In this document: positions 10,624 through 22,509 of the stretch, in pieces | Numbering within the stretch: position 1 is the stretch's first letter | Layout: every line of letters starts with the position of its first letter | Source of the DNA: Octopus bimaculoides | Taxonomy: Eukaryota | Length of the DNA: 39,832 bases | Assembly (NCBI RefSeq): GCF_001194135.2 | Contig: NC_069006.1 | Span: 16,700,090-16,739,921, forward strand | Reading direction: 5' to 3' | Notes under the pieces: model-generated | The model's input: only the letters and a program-made list of their open reading frames with translations | The model's database searches: none | What the model was told of the DNA's origin: nothing | Translations under genes and position numbers: made by a program

Positions 10624-10959
10624 CTGAAAAAGTTATAATTTTTTTTTAAATAACAAACAAAAACTTTTTTTTTTTACATGTTTATGTTTATGTATATAAA
10701 ATTTTTTTTTTTTTAAATCTTTAATTTACAGAAATATTTGAGGATTAATTAATTTTAAAAGACAACAATAACAGTAACAGCATAAAATAGCTTCTTGTCC
10801 CTTCTGTATGATATTTATTTAAATTGTGTATGTGTGTATATGTATTTAAGTCATTCAAAGATACCAAATATGAACTAACAGCAAGACCAACGGCTACGTA
10901 TATCTATATAGGTGTAGCGAACAAAAACACTTTGCATTATTAATTCCTTTATATGTGTG

Positions 10960-11103
10960 TGTGGTTGGCGTTAGGAAGGGCATCCAGCTGTAGAAACTCT
11001 GCCAAATCAGATTGGAGCCTGGTGTCGCCTCCTGGTCCACCAGTCCTCAGTCAAATCATCCAACCCATGCTAGCATGGAAAGCGGACGTTAAATGACGAC
11101 GAC

Positions 11104-11155
<52 letters not shown>
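10960..11155 (+). mobile_element. RTE-type LINE/SINE 3' end with (GAT)n tail
   Basis: gttggcgttaggaagggcatccagctgtagaaactctgcc...catgctagcatggaaagcggacgttaaa followed by a long (GAT)n. Confidence 0.8.
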
Positions 11156-11619
11156 TATGCATGGTTCTTTGAGATTGGAATTTTTCATTGCAGAATTCAA
11201 GTTAGTTACCAGCAAAACGGCAAAGCTGACTATGCTTATATCAAGAGAGTTCTTGCATGGTTTGTGGTTATCTGAATTGGTGTGTGTGTGTGTGTGTGTG
11301 TGTGCGCGTGTAAGAGAGAGAGAGAGAGAGAGAGCATATTACATTAGAATACATGTGAACATGCTCTGCTACTGTTTATGTCTGTGTGTATGTGTATTCT
11401 ATATGTATATGTGATTGTCTGCATATGTTCACTCAGGGACCTCAAATGGAAAGCCCTGAAATGTTTTACAAATTTTCGTTGTACCGCTACTCAAATGTAT
11501 TTGGAGAATGTGAATCAGTCTGCTTTTTTGTGGATGGGAAAACCTAAGCACTTCTAGGTTTTTATGCAGATCTCTTGTTGCACAGCCAAGTGCATCTGTG
11601 AATTTCTTTTATCCATATT

Positions 11620-11955
11620 TGTCTCATCACTGGACTGCAGCCATACAAGGATACGGCCTTGGAGGTGACCCCAGTACTTTTTCTAAAGTCTGGCACTTAT
11701 TCTATCAATCTCTGTTGCTGAACGGCTAGATTAACGGATGTGAACAAACCAACACCAGTTGCAAAGCAGTGGCGGATTACAAACACAAACACAAATACAC
11801 AATGGACTTCTTTCAGTTTCCATCTACTAAATCCACTCACAAGTTTGGTCAGCTGATGATGATAATAAAAGACACTTTCCCAAGGTGCCACACAGTGGAT
11901 TGAACTTGAGACTATGTGGATGGGAAGCAAAACTCTTACCAGAGAGCCATGCCTG
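11620..11955 (-). mobile_element. SINE family C, older copy
   Basis: tttcagtttccatctactaaatccactcacaag...ttcccaaggtgccacacagtgg...; tail with gactgcagccat. Confidence 0.8.
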
Positions 11956-12905
11956 GAACAAATGTAACTCTATACCCTGGAAATAAGAGCTGTAGATTTC
12001 TCATTTATTGTCCATAGATGTTCTTTATTTTATTTTTGATGCATGTGTATACACACATATATATGTATGCATGCATGTGTATATATCTTTCTTTGTTGTT
12101 TGTAGATGCGTGTAAGTATATGAATATAAACGTATATTTGTTTGCACTGCATGTTTGTATTGTCGGCATATATGTGCATGCATGTATACGTATGTGCATA
12201 CATGTTAAGAAGGCAATGAGCACAAAAGAGGCAACAGGGGAGAGACAAGATGCACATGCATAAAACTTTAAATTCATCAAATAAAAATTATCTAATTATT
12301 GAGGAGACAGAAAAATAGGCAGAAAGATAGGAAGATGAACAGAGAAAGACAGATGGCCAGAAAGTTTGACTAGAAATCTTCGCAATTTTTATTAAATACA
12401 TTTCTAATATCAATTTTAGATAAGTCTGTTTGTCTGTCTGGATGTTTGCCAATGTACATATCTAATTGTATTTTTCAACATTAGGAAACACTGTCACCTA
12501 TTAACTCCATTCCAATCCCAGCCTTGAGAATGTTGTCCCCCATGTTTCAACTTAGACTAGAAGATTCTATGACAGAACTTTAAAAAATGGAAATTAAGGG
12601 ACTCAAAAATTATTCAGTCAAGATGAAAAGAAACAAATTTGGAGCTTTTCTTTTTTAAGATAAAAGAGACCTTCTCATATTGATACTCATGCCTATTTGG
12701 TCAACATTGCAGCCTTGAAAAGGGACAGATGTTTGATATGAAGGATTAACATTAGATGTTCAAGCTCACATCAATTTCACTGGTCTCTGAGAGACTGCTA
12801 AACTCATGGGCAAGGCTCCTAACTCCATAGCAAAAAGGAAAAAGAAAAGCTTTATAAAACACAGTGGATTAAACTGAAAGTAAACATAAATAAAAGAAAA
12901 CTTAC

Positions 12906-13426
12906 CGTTTTCTTGTAACGGACGCTGCCACTCCTTTTAAGAGTACCACCTTTCACAACATCATCTTGGACTTCAATTTTAACTCCATCAGCAGCAGTAC
13001 GAACACTAAGTTCCAAAAGTTCTGGAACTGGTTGAACCTTCAATACAACAGTGTCTGAAGATGTACGAATCAATTCAATTATTTCCTCTCTCTTGGCCTT
13101 CTCCACATTTTTATCATTAACTTCAATCAGTCGGTCTCCAGGCAGTAAACCGGTCTCAGTAGCTTTTGGTCCCGTTCCAGGTTCTGCAAAGATCACAGTT
13201 TGCTTTGAACCAAAACAATCGGTGTTAGTTCGTTGCATGATAACTCCTTTGCGAAGAGAGAAACCAAAATCACCTCCAGGTTGGCGCCGCAGGTTTAGAG
13301 TTCGGATACGTCCAGGCCGTGGAGGAATTATGGAAGGTAAGTGAAGATCAAAACCAAATGTCTTTTCAGCTGGGCTCAAAGGAAGGGGTCCAGTTGTTTC
13401 TTCTGGTGAGGTCATTTTTGGGTGGT
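12906..13426 (-). CDS. MYO18A: Internal coding exon of unconventional myosin-XVIII, encoding the PDZ domain (PDZ about 13304-13029)
   Basis: Translation ...FGFDLHLPSIIPPRPGRIRTLNLRRQPGGDFGFSLRKG...VIFAEPGTG...GLLPGDRLIEVN...REEIIELIRTSSDTVVLKVQPVPELLEL matches, from memory, the MYO18A PDZ region (DLRLPPVVP...LQRRPTGDFGFSLR...FAEPGAG...GLVPGDRLVEING...VRLKVQPIPEL). Acceptor is ttttcttattttatcatag|ACCACC (phase 1); donor is AAAACG|gtaagt (phase 0). Confidence 0.93.
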
Positions 13427-13851
13427 CTATGATAAAATAAGAAAATACAAAACTCAGTTAATTCTCTCTCTATTTTTTTTACAGTGTTTAAAACATCTCC
13501 ATATTGGTTGTGTTCTTTGCAAATAATAAATTCTGAAATTTATTAGGATTCACTAGTCATGCTATATTCCAAAATATTCCCCAAGATGAACAAATATTTT
13601 ATTACCTCTGAGAACAATGAAATATTAAACTACATAGTACAATATGAAAAGATGACACAGAAAGCAGCAGCCATCTGCAAATACATCATGTGACAATTCA
13701 GACACCCCCCCACCTCATTCTATATATTACAGCAAGATATATAATTTGCCTTGTCCTGCACTGTAATTCTTTTTCACTAACTGTTTACCAAAGTGAAACA
13801 AACATTATCAAATCAGCTGGAGAGAGAAATAAGTGCAAAACTATCCATAAG

Positions 13852-14012
13852 TACCAATATTGATTAGGTATACTAATATTGATTAGATATACCAATCAAT
13901 GATACCAATACTGATTATTGATACCAATAATGATTGCAAACATCAACACTGATTAGAGATAGCAATATTATTACAAATACAAGTATTGATTAGACACATC
14001 AATATTGTTTAG
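13852..14012. repeat. Degenerate ~19-20-bp tandem repeat (ataccaatattgattag)
   Basis: About 8 recognisable units. Confidence 0.7.
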
Positions 14013-14848
14013 AAACCCTTACTCAAGTTGTTGACTAGCACTACATTAGCCTTGATTGAGTAAATAAATGATCAAAGGCAGTCCAGCCATGACCATGTTT
14101 TTGTTTTTCAAGCAATCTGTACTTGGATCCACATTCTATAAGTACAGCAGACCCTCTTTCAAGGAAGTAGAGTGTGATAAGTGAGATTTGGTTGCTATTT
14201 CTAGCAGATTGAGTAACCACATAGAAGCTCTCCCATTGGTTCACTGCACTGAGGTGTTAATTCTCTTGCAGAGAGGTGTCAAAATCATGATGTTAAGTTA
14301 GCAAGAACTGAAGTAAACATTGGTCCTTGTTGACAACAACATAGAGGTCCCTCGAGAAGATAGCAAACCAAATGGCGCAATTTGACAGATTTTCACAGGA
14401 GGCCATCATTAAAGTGGTTAGAGGAAATGTACTAAAAGAGATATCCCTTCCTAGCAACAGTTGAATGAAAAACTCCACAAGCAAAGATGTTTTGTTAAGC
14501 AAAACTTTATGAATATATATGTTCCAGCTAGCTGTAAAAAACAAAAATGAAACAACAAAAAATAGAAAAAGAAAAATTGAAATATGTGCCTTTCTTGTTT
14601 ACAATAGTAAAAAAAAAAAAATGTAATTTCTGTTTTTTAAAATTAATGAGTGAAAAACCACAACATGTTCATTCTAAACTTTAATTATGTTCAGAAAGAA
14701 CTATGTTGAAATAAAACATTCAGGTTTTTTTTTTTTGGTTTTTTTTTGTGAATTAGTTTTTAGCATCAACATCACTAGCATCATGTGAAGCTAATAAATG
14801 AAGATCATAGATTCCTCAGTGGTAGGTCAAGGTAAAAATAACTCTCAC

Positions 14849-14854
14849 GTGGTA
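14849..14854 (-). CDS. Candidate 6-nt microexon of the myosin-XVIII gene (phase 1/1)
   Basis: Minus strand reads ...gttcactttttttttatcag|TACCAC|gtgagagt. No AG occurs for 110 nt upstream. The exon preserves frame and matches the phase-1 acceptor of the PDZ exon. Confidence 0.6.
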
Positions 14855-15759
14855 CTGATAAAAAAAAAGTGAACAAACATGCCATTGTTTCGGGGCAAAA
14901 GCAGGGGAGAGAAGTAGGGATGGAAGGATGGGTTAAAAAAAAAAAAAAAAAGTTCATTGTAATCAGCTGTCTTTAGATGTCACTGAAAAGAACATAGAAA
15001 ATCCAAACATTCCAATCTAAAAAGCCTTTCATAGTTTAACATAGATGTATTTTATACAAACAAAACATCAAAAAGCCATGAAAACAAAACAAATGCCAGA
15101 GAAAAACACAAAGCTAGATAATAAATCAAATATATCTCAATTGTTTTTCAAAGATCAATATAAACAGGTTGAATAAATTATTTTTCAATAGGCATATTTG
15201 TGCTAGAAAGATTGTTTGGCCTAGTTCTCCTTATATAACTTACTACCTGGTCTAAGAACATGACCACACATCAACCAGATAGACCCCCCAACTCTAATGT
15301 GATTAACTTCTACCTCCAATTTTCCCCCTCTCCAGGCACTGACCTACAAAAGATAATCTGGATAATCTTACTAGTTCACTCTTTTTCCCCTCTCGTTAAT
15401 TTATCATGAAAATATTTACTTTGATTATCCTTGTTGATCTTTAGTCATAGTTTGGCACTGATCCAGCAGACCCATAATCATAATTAAGCCATGACCATTC
15501 TGTCTTTTATCCAGAAAATATGTCTAGGACTACATTAGTTAATATATCTTTCTTTGTTATTGATATTCCTGTTTTTGTTTTTAGCCCCAAATTAGTCCAG
15601 ATGCAGCAGACCCTATAACCAACAATAAGCCTTGAGCACTTCATCTTTCACTCAGGCAGTGTATGTATCTAAGACTACAGCAATATGGCCTTCCTTATCA
15701 TTGTTTAGCCCTAGGTTACTCCTCATCCAGCGCATCAATAAACAGACATTTCAGTTATT

Positions 15760-15940
15760 TTTTTACTTGTTTCAGTCATTTGACTGCAGCCATGCTGGAG
15801 CACCACCTTAAAGGGTGTTTTAGTGAAAGAAATCAACCCCAGGATTTATTTTTTGAAAGCCTAGTACTTATTCTATCAACATCTTTTGCTGAACTGCAAA
15901 GTCATAGGGATGTAAACACACCAACATCAGTTGTCATGCA
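15760..15940 (-). mobile_element. SINE family C, 3' fragment
   Basis: cttgtttcagtcatttgactgcagccatgctggagcacc...tagtacttattctatc...ttttgctgaac; reverse complement of 39720-39832. Confidence 0.75.
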
Positions 15941-15947
15941 ATAGAGT

Positions 15948-16079
15948 GAAAGTTGTGGTGAAAGAGTACAGCAGGGTTCGCCACCATCCCCTGCTGGAGC
16001 CTCGTGGAGCTTTAGGTGTTTTCACTCAATAAACACTCACAATGCCCGGTCTGGGAATCGAAACCGTGATCCTATGACC
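15948..16079 (-). mobile_element. SINE family A, partial copy running into a gap
   Basis: Matches 33425-33535 and the reverse complement of 6295-6415. Confidence 0.85.
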
Positions 16080-16619
16080 NNNNNNNNNNNNNNNNNNNNN
16101 NNNNNNNNNNNNNNNNNNNNNNNNNNNNNNNNNNNNNNNNNNNNNNNNNNNNNNNNNNNNNNNNNNNNNNNNNNNNNNNNNNNNNNNNNNNNNNNNNNNN
16201 NNNNNNNNNNNNNNNNNNNNNNNNNNNNNNNNNNNNNNNNCACTCACACACTAAAAGTAATTTATTCCACACATTACTCCGCTCCCACCACACACACACA
16301 CACACAGCCTGAGCCTAATCATTCTAATCAGTGACTATCAACCGCCTCCGCCACCAGACATTCAAGTAACACACCCTTTCATTTACCATTTCATTATCTG
16401 AAGAACCAAGCTATGAAAAAAAATAAGTAAAAAATAGTTAGAGAGGCCAAACCCTTTTAAACACATACACAGACACATACATATATGCATACATGATGAT
16501 TTTCACTTCTTTACAGAAGGTCATCTCTTTAATTAGTAAATGCCATCATGAGATCTCATGTGACTAGCGACTCCAGCTTTGGACAAAAGGACTCCCTTGC
16601 AGATACTTACAAATACTTA

Positions 16620-16767
16620 TCTATTCACATTGTTTTTTTAATTAATCATGCATTATCTTGTAGCTTCAGGGATAGTGGGCGCGAGAGGCAGGATCTGAGA
16701 AGTTTGAATATAAAACAAGTAAAACATTTTAAGCCAGATATGGCTAGTTTAAATGCCACAGAGTTAA
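16620..16767. mobile_element. Internally deleted copy of the same piggyBac-type MITE
   Basis: Shares aattaat..attatcttgtagctt and aagtaaaac..ttt.agccagatatgg.tagtttaaat with 5903-6124, and ends in gagttaa. Confidence 0.6.
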
Positions 16768-17572
16768 GGTTGCTTTTCATGGCATCCCTAAAATGTTTCT
16801 TAAGTTTAAGTCTTGAACATTTACCATGTTGCAACTCTCCATTAAAAATTTGTCATCCAACATCCTAGTAAGGCACCCAGCCCAGAACATCTGATGACAT
16901 ATGAAGAGAATTTCAATGTGTTGGCCCACTCAAGAACAATGGTGTCTGGTGTTAGTGACTGCATGTATACATACACACAACACACTCATTCGTCCTCATT
17001 TATATAGAAATACTATCACGACAAATGAATACACAAACACACTCACTGCTGTGATACCAGATTCAAATCTATTGCACAGTACCTTAGGCCAGTGCCTTCT
17101 ACTAGAGCCTCAGGCCAAAGAAAGCTTTATGATTGAAACTGGGAACTGTACAAAAGGTTGCTGGATTGGTTGTCGCTGTTCTGGAATAATCTGTCATCTG
17201 ATGTAAAATTACCACCTGGCTCTTGGGCCCCTGGAGACCTGACTGACATCAGAGTAGAGCCCCCTATCATATCAGAGCTCCAGGTCTAGGGTTAACTCAG
17301 TGAATAGATGTACTGCTTCTGCCTACAAAGTAACTATGAGTAACTATATGAGTTGTGTTTTTTTCTTTTTTTCTCTCCACTCAAACTGCCTCAAGGGCCA
17401 TGTAGAGAGGAATGGTGAGCACTGCATTGGCTTGTCTCAGTCAGTTTCTCTTTCTCTGTGTGTGTGCGTGTACGTTTATTTTATACATATATATCGTCAT
17501 TGTTTAATGTCAGCCTTTCATGCTGGACGTTAAACAATGATGATGATGATGATATATAGATATAAAATATAA

Positions 17573-17603
<31 letters not shown>

Positions 17604-17864
17604 CACGTGACAGCAAAGAACAGCAAGTTTCAAGATGATTTGTCAATTGATGCTTGTTCAGTTCATGTGGTACCCACTCATCCAGCTTCTTTACCATGCC
17701 AATTTATTTCGGATGATCTAATACAGATGGAATTCAAACCTCAAACCTTGCTGCTAACTCATGCATAGTTTGAAATGTATCCACTTCCTCTACAGTTTCC
17801 AGCTCATCATTATCCACCTTGGTCTCAAGTCTACAATTTTCATTTGAATACACAAGCTCAATTT

Positions 17865-18340
17865 ACCTGCCATACATGCACTTTATGGAAATAATGAATT
17901 TTTCTTTCAACAAGACAGCACACTGCCACACTACCGCCAAGACATGCAAGCTTATTTGGATAAGAATTTGCAAGGACACTGGACAGGATGAATTGGTGCG
18001 GTTAAGTTTCCCACACGTTTTCATTTAACATCTGCGCACTTTTACTTATGGGGCACCCTAAAGAATGTCAGGTATCACAGAAAACCAGCTTCACTGATGG
18101 CTCTTTGGGGAGAAATTGAAATGGCATGTGCAGCAATCCCACAGGACACTTTGGTCAATACTGCCCAAGCAGCAGTTTGATGTACTAATAAGTGCCTGTA
18201 AGCTAATGGCCACCACTTTGAGCACCTCTTGAGATTATAAAGGTTAGAGGTAACTTGTATTAATCCTGTGATGTCTGAATAAATATAGTATTAAAATATT
18301 TCTACATGTTTTTCCTTTTGTATGCATATATGTATATATA
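17865..18340 (+). mobile_element. Tc1/mariner DD41D (rosa-like) transposase, 3' fragment
   Basis: LPAIHALYGNNEFFFQQDSTLPHY...GHWTG*IGAVKFPTR...FYLWGTLKNV...EIEMACAAIP...ANGHHFEHLL. Reconstructed spacing between the second and third D is about 41. Confidence 0.8.
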
Positions 18341-18924
18341 TATTGATGTACTCTACATCAGTTGCAACAATGAATACTTACTCAAAGAATAATAGTGCAA
18401 ATGGCTGAGTGTTCCACAGACACCTGTACTCTAAAAGTAATCCTCAGACAGAATCACTGTGACAGTGTAAGACAAAACTGACCCTTTGTATTACAGGTGC
18501 AATTTATCTGATATCTTTCCATATAGTTATCATCTACCCTATTTAATTTATAAGACTTTGTATCAGCCCAGGCTTGTAGGAAAAGATATTTGCTCAAGAT
18601 ACCACTCATTTCCACATAATACAAAAATTGAAACACAAAAACTATAAAGTTAAGAACCCTATGGTCATAAGTTCAAATTTCACTGTAACTATCTACTATA
18701 ATTAATAGAATATTTTTTTTTCATCTATGGAAGAGCCCTGTCCAAAATATCAGAATTCACCTCTCACACAACATAGGAACTTGATCAAATTTGTGTCCTT
18801 TATTAACTTACTTTTACAAAAGCAGACTATCCCTCAACAATTACAAGTTTAATGCAAAGCAGGGTTTAGGTTACACTAAGCATATATCATGTCAAATTTC
18901 TTATATATGTCAAGTGTGTGTGTG

Positions 18925-19170
18925 AATTTTATATAAGGTGTGTCCATTATATGAGATACCTGTATATAAAGTGTACATTACATACAAGATAAATCCTACA
19001 TGTAACTGGTATGACCGGTATCCTTTAATGTAAGATATATCCTTTATATAAAGTGTGTCCTATATGCAAGCTATGTCCTTCATACCAAGATAATTCAAAA
19101 TGTGTTTAAAGAAGTATCTGTTATAAAAATATTCTTCATATAAAGACATAGTTTGTACAAAGGTGTGTCA
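18925..19170. repeat. Highly degenerate ~20-bp tandem repeat (tatataaggtgtgtcc)
   Basis: Recurring ataaagtgtgtcc / caagatatatcc cores immediately left of the mariner TIR. Confidence 0.5.
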
Positions 19171-19182
19171 TGATGTATTTTG

Positions 19183-20190
19183 TATTGGGTTGGCAACTAA
19201 GTTCCCACCGTTCTTTTAAATTTTGAAATCTATTTTTTTCGAGAATTCTATTTTTGAATCATTTTGGAATCTATTTTGTTTTGTTTCTCGTTAATTTTAG
19301 TTAATTTTTGTTTATTTTAAGATCATTAAAATGGAATATCAAGTTAAGAAAAATGAGCATTTTCGACACCTCCTTCTTTTTGCTTTTAACCAAGGTTCTA
19401 AGGCCACAAAATCTGCTCACGACATTTGTGCTGTGTATGGAGAGGGTGCCATGGCTGAAAGAACCGCTCGTGATTGGTATGCCAAGTTCAAAAATGGAAA
19501 ATTTTACCTCAAAGACACACCTCATTTTGGCCATCCAGTTGAGTTTAATGAAGAGTGATTAAACCAACTTTTGCACAAAAATTCTCGTCAAACGACAAGG
19601 GAACTGGCAGAGAAAATGGGATGCTCCCACACTGCTATAGAGAAGCATCTTCACTCAATGGGAAAGGTTCAGAAGTATGGAACAAGTATGGAGCCCTGGT
19701 AAACAAGCAACACTGCGCGTGAAACAAGGTCTTCATCCATGTAAAACGATGTCATGCGTATGGTGGAACTGGGAAGGGATTATCCATTACGAATTGCTTG
19801 AACTGAACCAAATGGAACTCTATGTTCAACAGATGGAATGACTCAACACGGCTATTCAAGAGAAAAGACCTAATCGGCAGCATGGAGTTCTTCTGCCACA
19901 TGACATTGCCCATCCTCATATCGCCAATATGACCAAGGAAGCCATTCAAACGCATGGCTGGGAAGTGATGCCACACTTGCTGTACTCTCCTGATTTGGCA
20001 CCAACGGATTTCCACCTCTTTCAATCTCTTTCAAATGCTGTGTGCAGAGTTTCGTTCAATACTGATGCAGAATTGAGAGCTTGGTTGGATCAATTTTTCG
20101 AGTCGAAATCGGGGGATTTCTACCAATGAGGTATTGAAAATCTTGTTGAACATTGGGAAGAAGTTGTAAACAACAAGGGTGAATACATTA
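19183..20190 (+). mobile_element. mariner (DD34D) element, decayed, internally deleted and 3'-truncated
   Basis: TA plus TIR TTGGGTTGGCAACTAAGTT. Transposase runs from ATG 19331 (HFRHLLLFAF..., HTH) through WWNWEGIIHYELL, HDIAHPH and YSPDLAPTDFHLF to KGEYII. Contains in-frame stops, a frameshift and loss of the WVPHEL-to-first-D region. Confidence 0.95.
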
Positions 20191-20377
20191 TCCTAGGAAC
20201 ACACCTAGGATACTTTTGATCATAGATGTGTTTGATCAGAATTGACTTAGGGTTAAACAGTAACAACACGCATACAATACACATATCAGTTTCTGCCAAC
20301 CAACATCACACACACATACATATAAACTCAAAACAGACCAGGCACACATTACAAGAGATTTGTATACGTCAGCAGAT

Positions 20378-20379
<2 letters not shown>

Positions 20380-20425
<46 letters not shown>

Positions 20426-20452
20426 GCACACGCACACACACACACACAAACA
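20380..20452. repeat. (CA)n microsatellite with CGCA interruptions
   Basis: Read directly. Confidence 0.95.
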
Positions 20453-20841
20453 CATACTTTACAGGTAAGATAAGTTTCTCTGAATAAATGGTACATTCTG
20501 ACAAACAAATATTTATACGCAAACAAACAAATACACACATACACAGACAAAAACACACCACAGGAAAAGAGAGGTGACAGTTTTTCTAAATTCCAGAGTG
20601 TTTCCTTTCATATGTGACGTAGAAATAGCAGTGAGTTGATGAACCATGAGAAAACAGCTGAGTCCATGAAGTGTAAAACACCAGCAGTAATAGTAAAGCA
20701 TGATAACTATGTACTTTTTACCCAAATCTTCAGCAACTCCAGCCATTATCTCTGACAAAGATAAAGCCAAGTGTGTGACCGCTGCAGTGGTTTGAACTAG
20801 AATTGTGCTTGTGTGTATGTATATATATATATATATATATA

Positions 20842-20985
20842 ACCTCGTGGACATCGGTGGCAATTTTTTCTTCCTCCGTTCTTCCTTTCTTTGGACTTAC
20901 CTTGTTTCCGATGAAGAGCTCTGCTCGAAACGTCATATTCTCTCTCTTTCCTTTCCCGAGTGTCTAGTAACACAATCTGTATCAC
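20842..20985 (+). mobile_element. Penelope-type pLTR-like fragment with a degenerate hammerhead-like core
   Basis: CCGATGA-A-GAGC-TCT-GCTC-GAA-ACGT-C lies in a pyrimidine-rich repeat bounded by (TA)n and a gap. Confidence 0.55.
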
Positions 20986-21114
20986 NNNNNNNNNNNNNNN
21001 NNNNNNNNNNNNNNNNNNNNNNNNNNNNNNNNNNNNNNNNNNNNNNNNNNNNNNNNNNNNNNNNNNNNNNNNNNNNNNNNNNNNNNNNNNNNNNNNNNNN
21101 NNNNNNNNNNNNNN

Positions 21115-21139
<25 letters not shown>

Positions 21140-21145
<6 letters not shown>

Positions 21146-21420
21146 TGCCCAGTAAACATGATTATGTTGGTCCATTGATTTTATTTAGCTTAAATTGTGC
21201 TTCATCAGATCGTACAATTGTCCTCACAAACTCTTCATCTTGCCTACCATGCGTTAAAACAACTCATAAAATTTGACTCTTCAATCAAGATCGTCATTGT
21301 TAATTGCATGTCATAATTTCTGGATAAAAACTTTACAATTAGCTCTTTTAAGAATTCACTGTGTGCTTGTACCATTTATTCTTGTGTTGTGTGCACATTG
21401 TGCAGTAGACTACAGTGGTG
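21140..21420 (-). mobile_element. Tc1/mariner (DD41D-like) fragment carrying the first catalytic D
   Basis: L*HAINNDDLD*RVKFYE...DEEFVRTIVRSDEAQFKLN. Confidence 0.75.
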
Positions 21421-21981
21421 AGTGAGTGAAATGTTCCAATACCATAGCTGGGAAAGCGGCACTTGCTACTGTACAAGGTCTGCCAGATTTCCCCCCTCTA
21501 CTTTATTCAATGGATCTAGGATGTTATTTGATTTGTTAACTATTTCTAACAAGTCAAGCAACCACATTGAGCAATAAGAAAATATCTAGCAGGGTGGAGA
21601 TCCATGTAGTCACTCTTATTGCTAGAAATAGCAATTACATATAGTTCAATGAATACCAACATACCTAATGCAGTGAGCAAAACAAATTTTCAATTGATTA
21701 AAATTGTTCTAGCAATGGGGAGAGGAAACCAATTTTAATGATTAATGCTGATAAAATTTAATCAAGACAAGGGGCAACAACTCAGAAATTTTAATTAATT
21801 GAAATTTGAATTTCAATGCAATGAGGAAATAAAGATGTCATTAACTGCAAGATTGATATTAATTTAATATCTTTGGTATGTGAAGCGGCAACTCCAAATA
21901 GTTTAATCTACTATTATCCTTGACAATAAAAGAATCTGTGATTGGCCAGAATGGGAGTTACTATATGATTTTCACATGAAC

Positions 21982-22031
<50 letters not shown>

Positions 22032-22200
22032 AAAATACAAATACACACATCGCATTTCAATTGTCCAATAAACTGCAACAAACTCCTTGTTACCACTGGC
22101 AACCAATTATGCCAAGCTCCAACATATTCGCACACAAGACAATGTGTCAACCTGAACTGCTAGAATTAACTCCCCCGCTCAAATCAAACTACCATCTTAA

Positions 22201-22500
22201 CCCCTTACCCGGCAAAGATGAGTTAACTTGTCTTCACCCAATTTGTCTTTTCCAGAGTGTAATGAGTAAACTCGTCCAAAACATAATTTCAAAAACAGCC
22301 AAGATGAGTTTATATGTCAATTCTTGTTTCTTTTTTTTTCTGATTTTTTTTTTTTATAAATTATACCCAGATGTCGAGCAAAGAATATGACAATAAGTAT
22401 GAACCTTCTATTAGAAGCTTGGATACATCAGATGAGAGTGCAAGCTCGTCTGATAATGGCTATTCTCTCTCAAGTGAGAATTTGGTGTCAACATGTGGTG
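22201..22500 (+). mobile_element. Left end of a piggyBac-like element with an acidic, Ser-rich N-terminal reading frame
   Basis: TTAA|CCCCTTACCCGGC terminus, three subterminal ATGAGTWAACT/ATGAGTT-type repeats, and the frame SSKEYDNKYEPSIRSLDTSDESASSSD starting at 22371. Confidence 0.5.
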
Positions 22501-22509
22501 TCGGAAGAA

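Noticed and set aside
13051-13344. 97-aa plus-strand ORF
   Set aside because: Antisense shadow of the PDZ exon.
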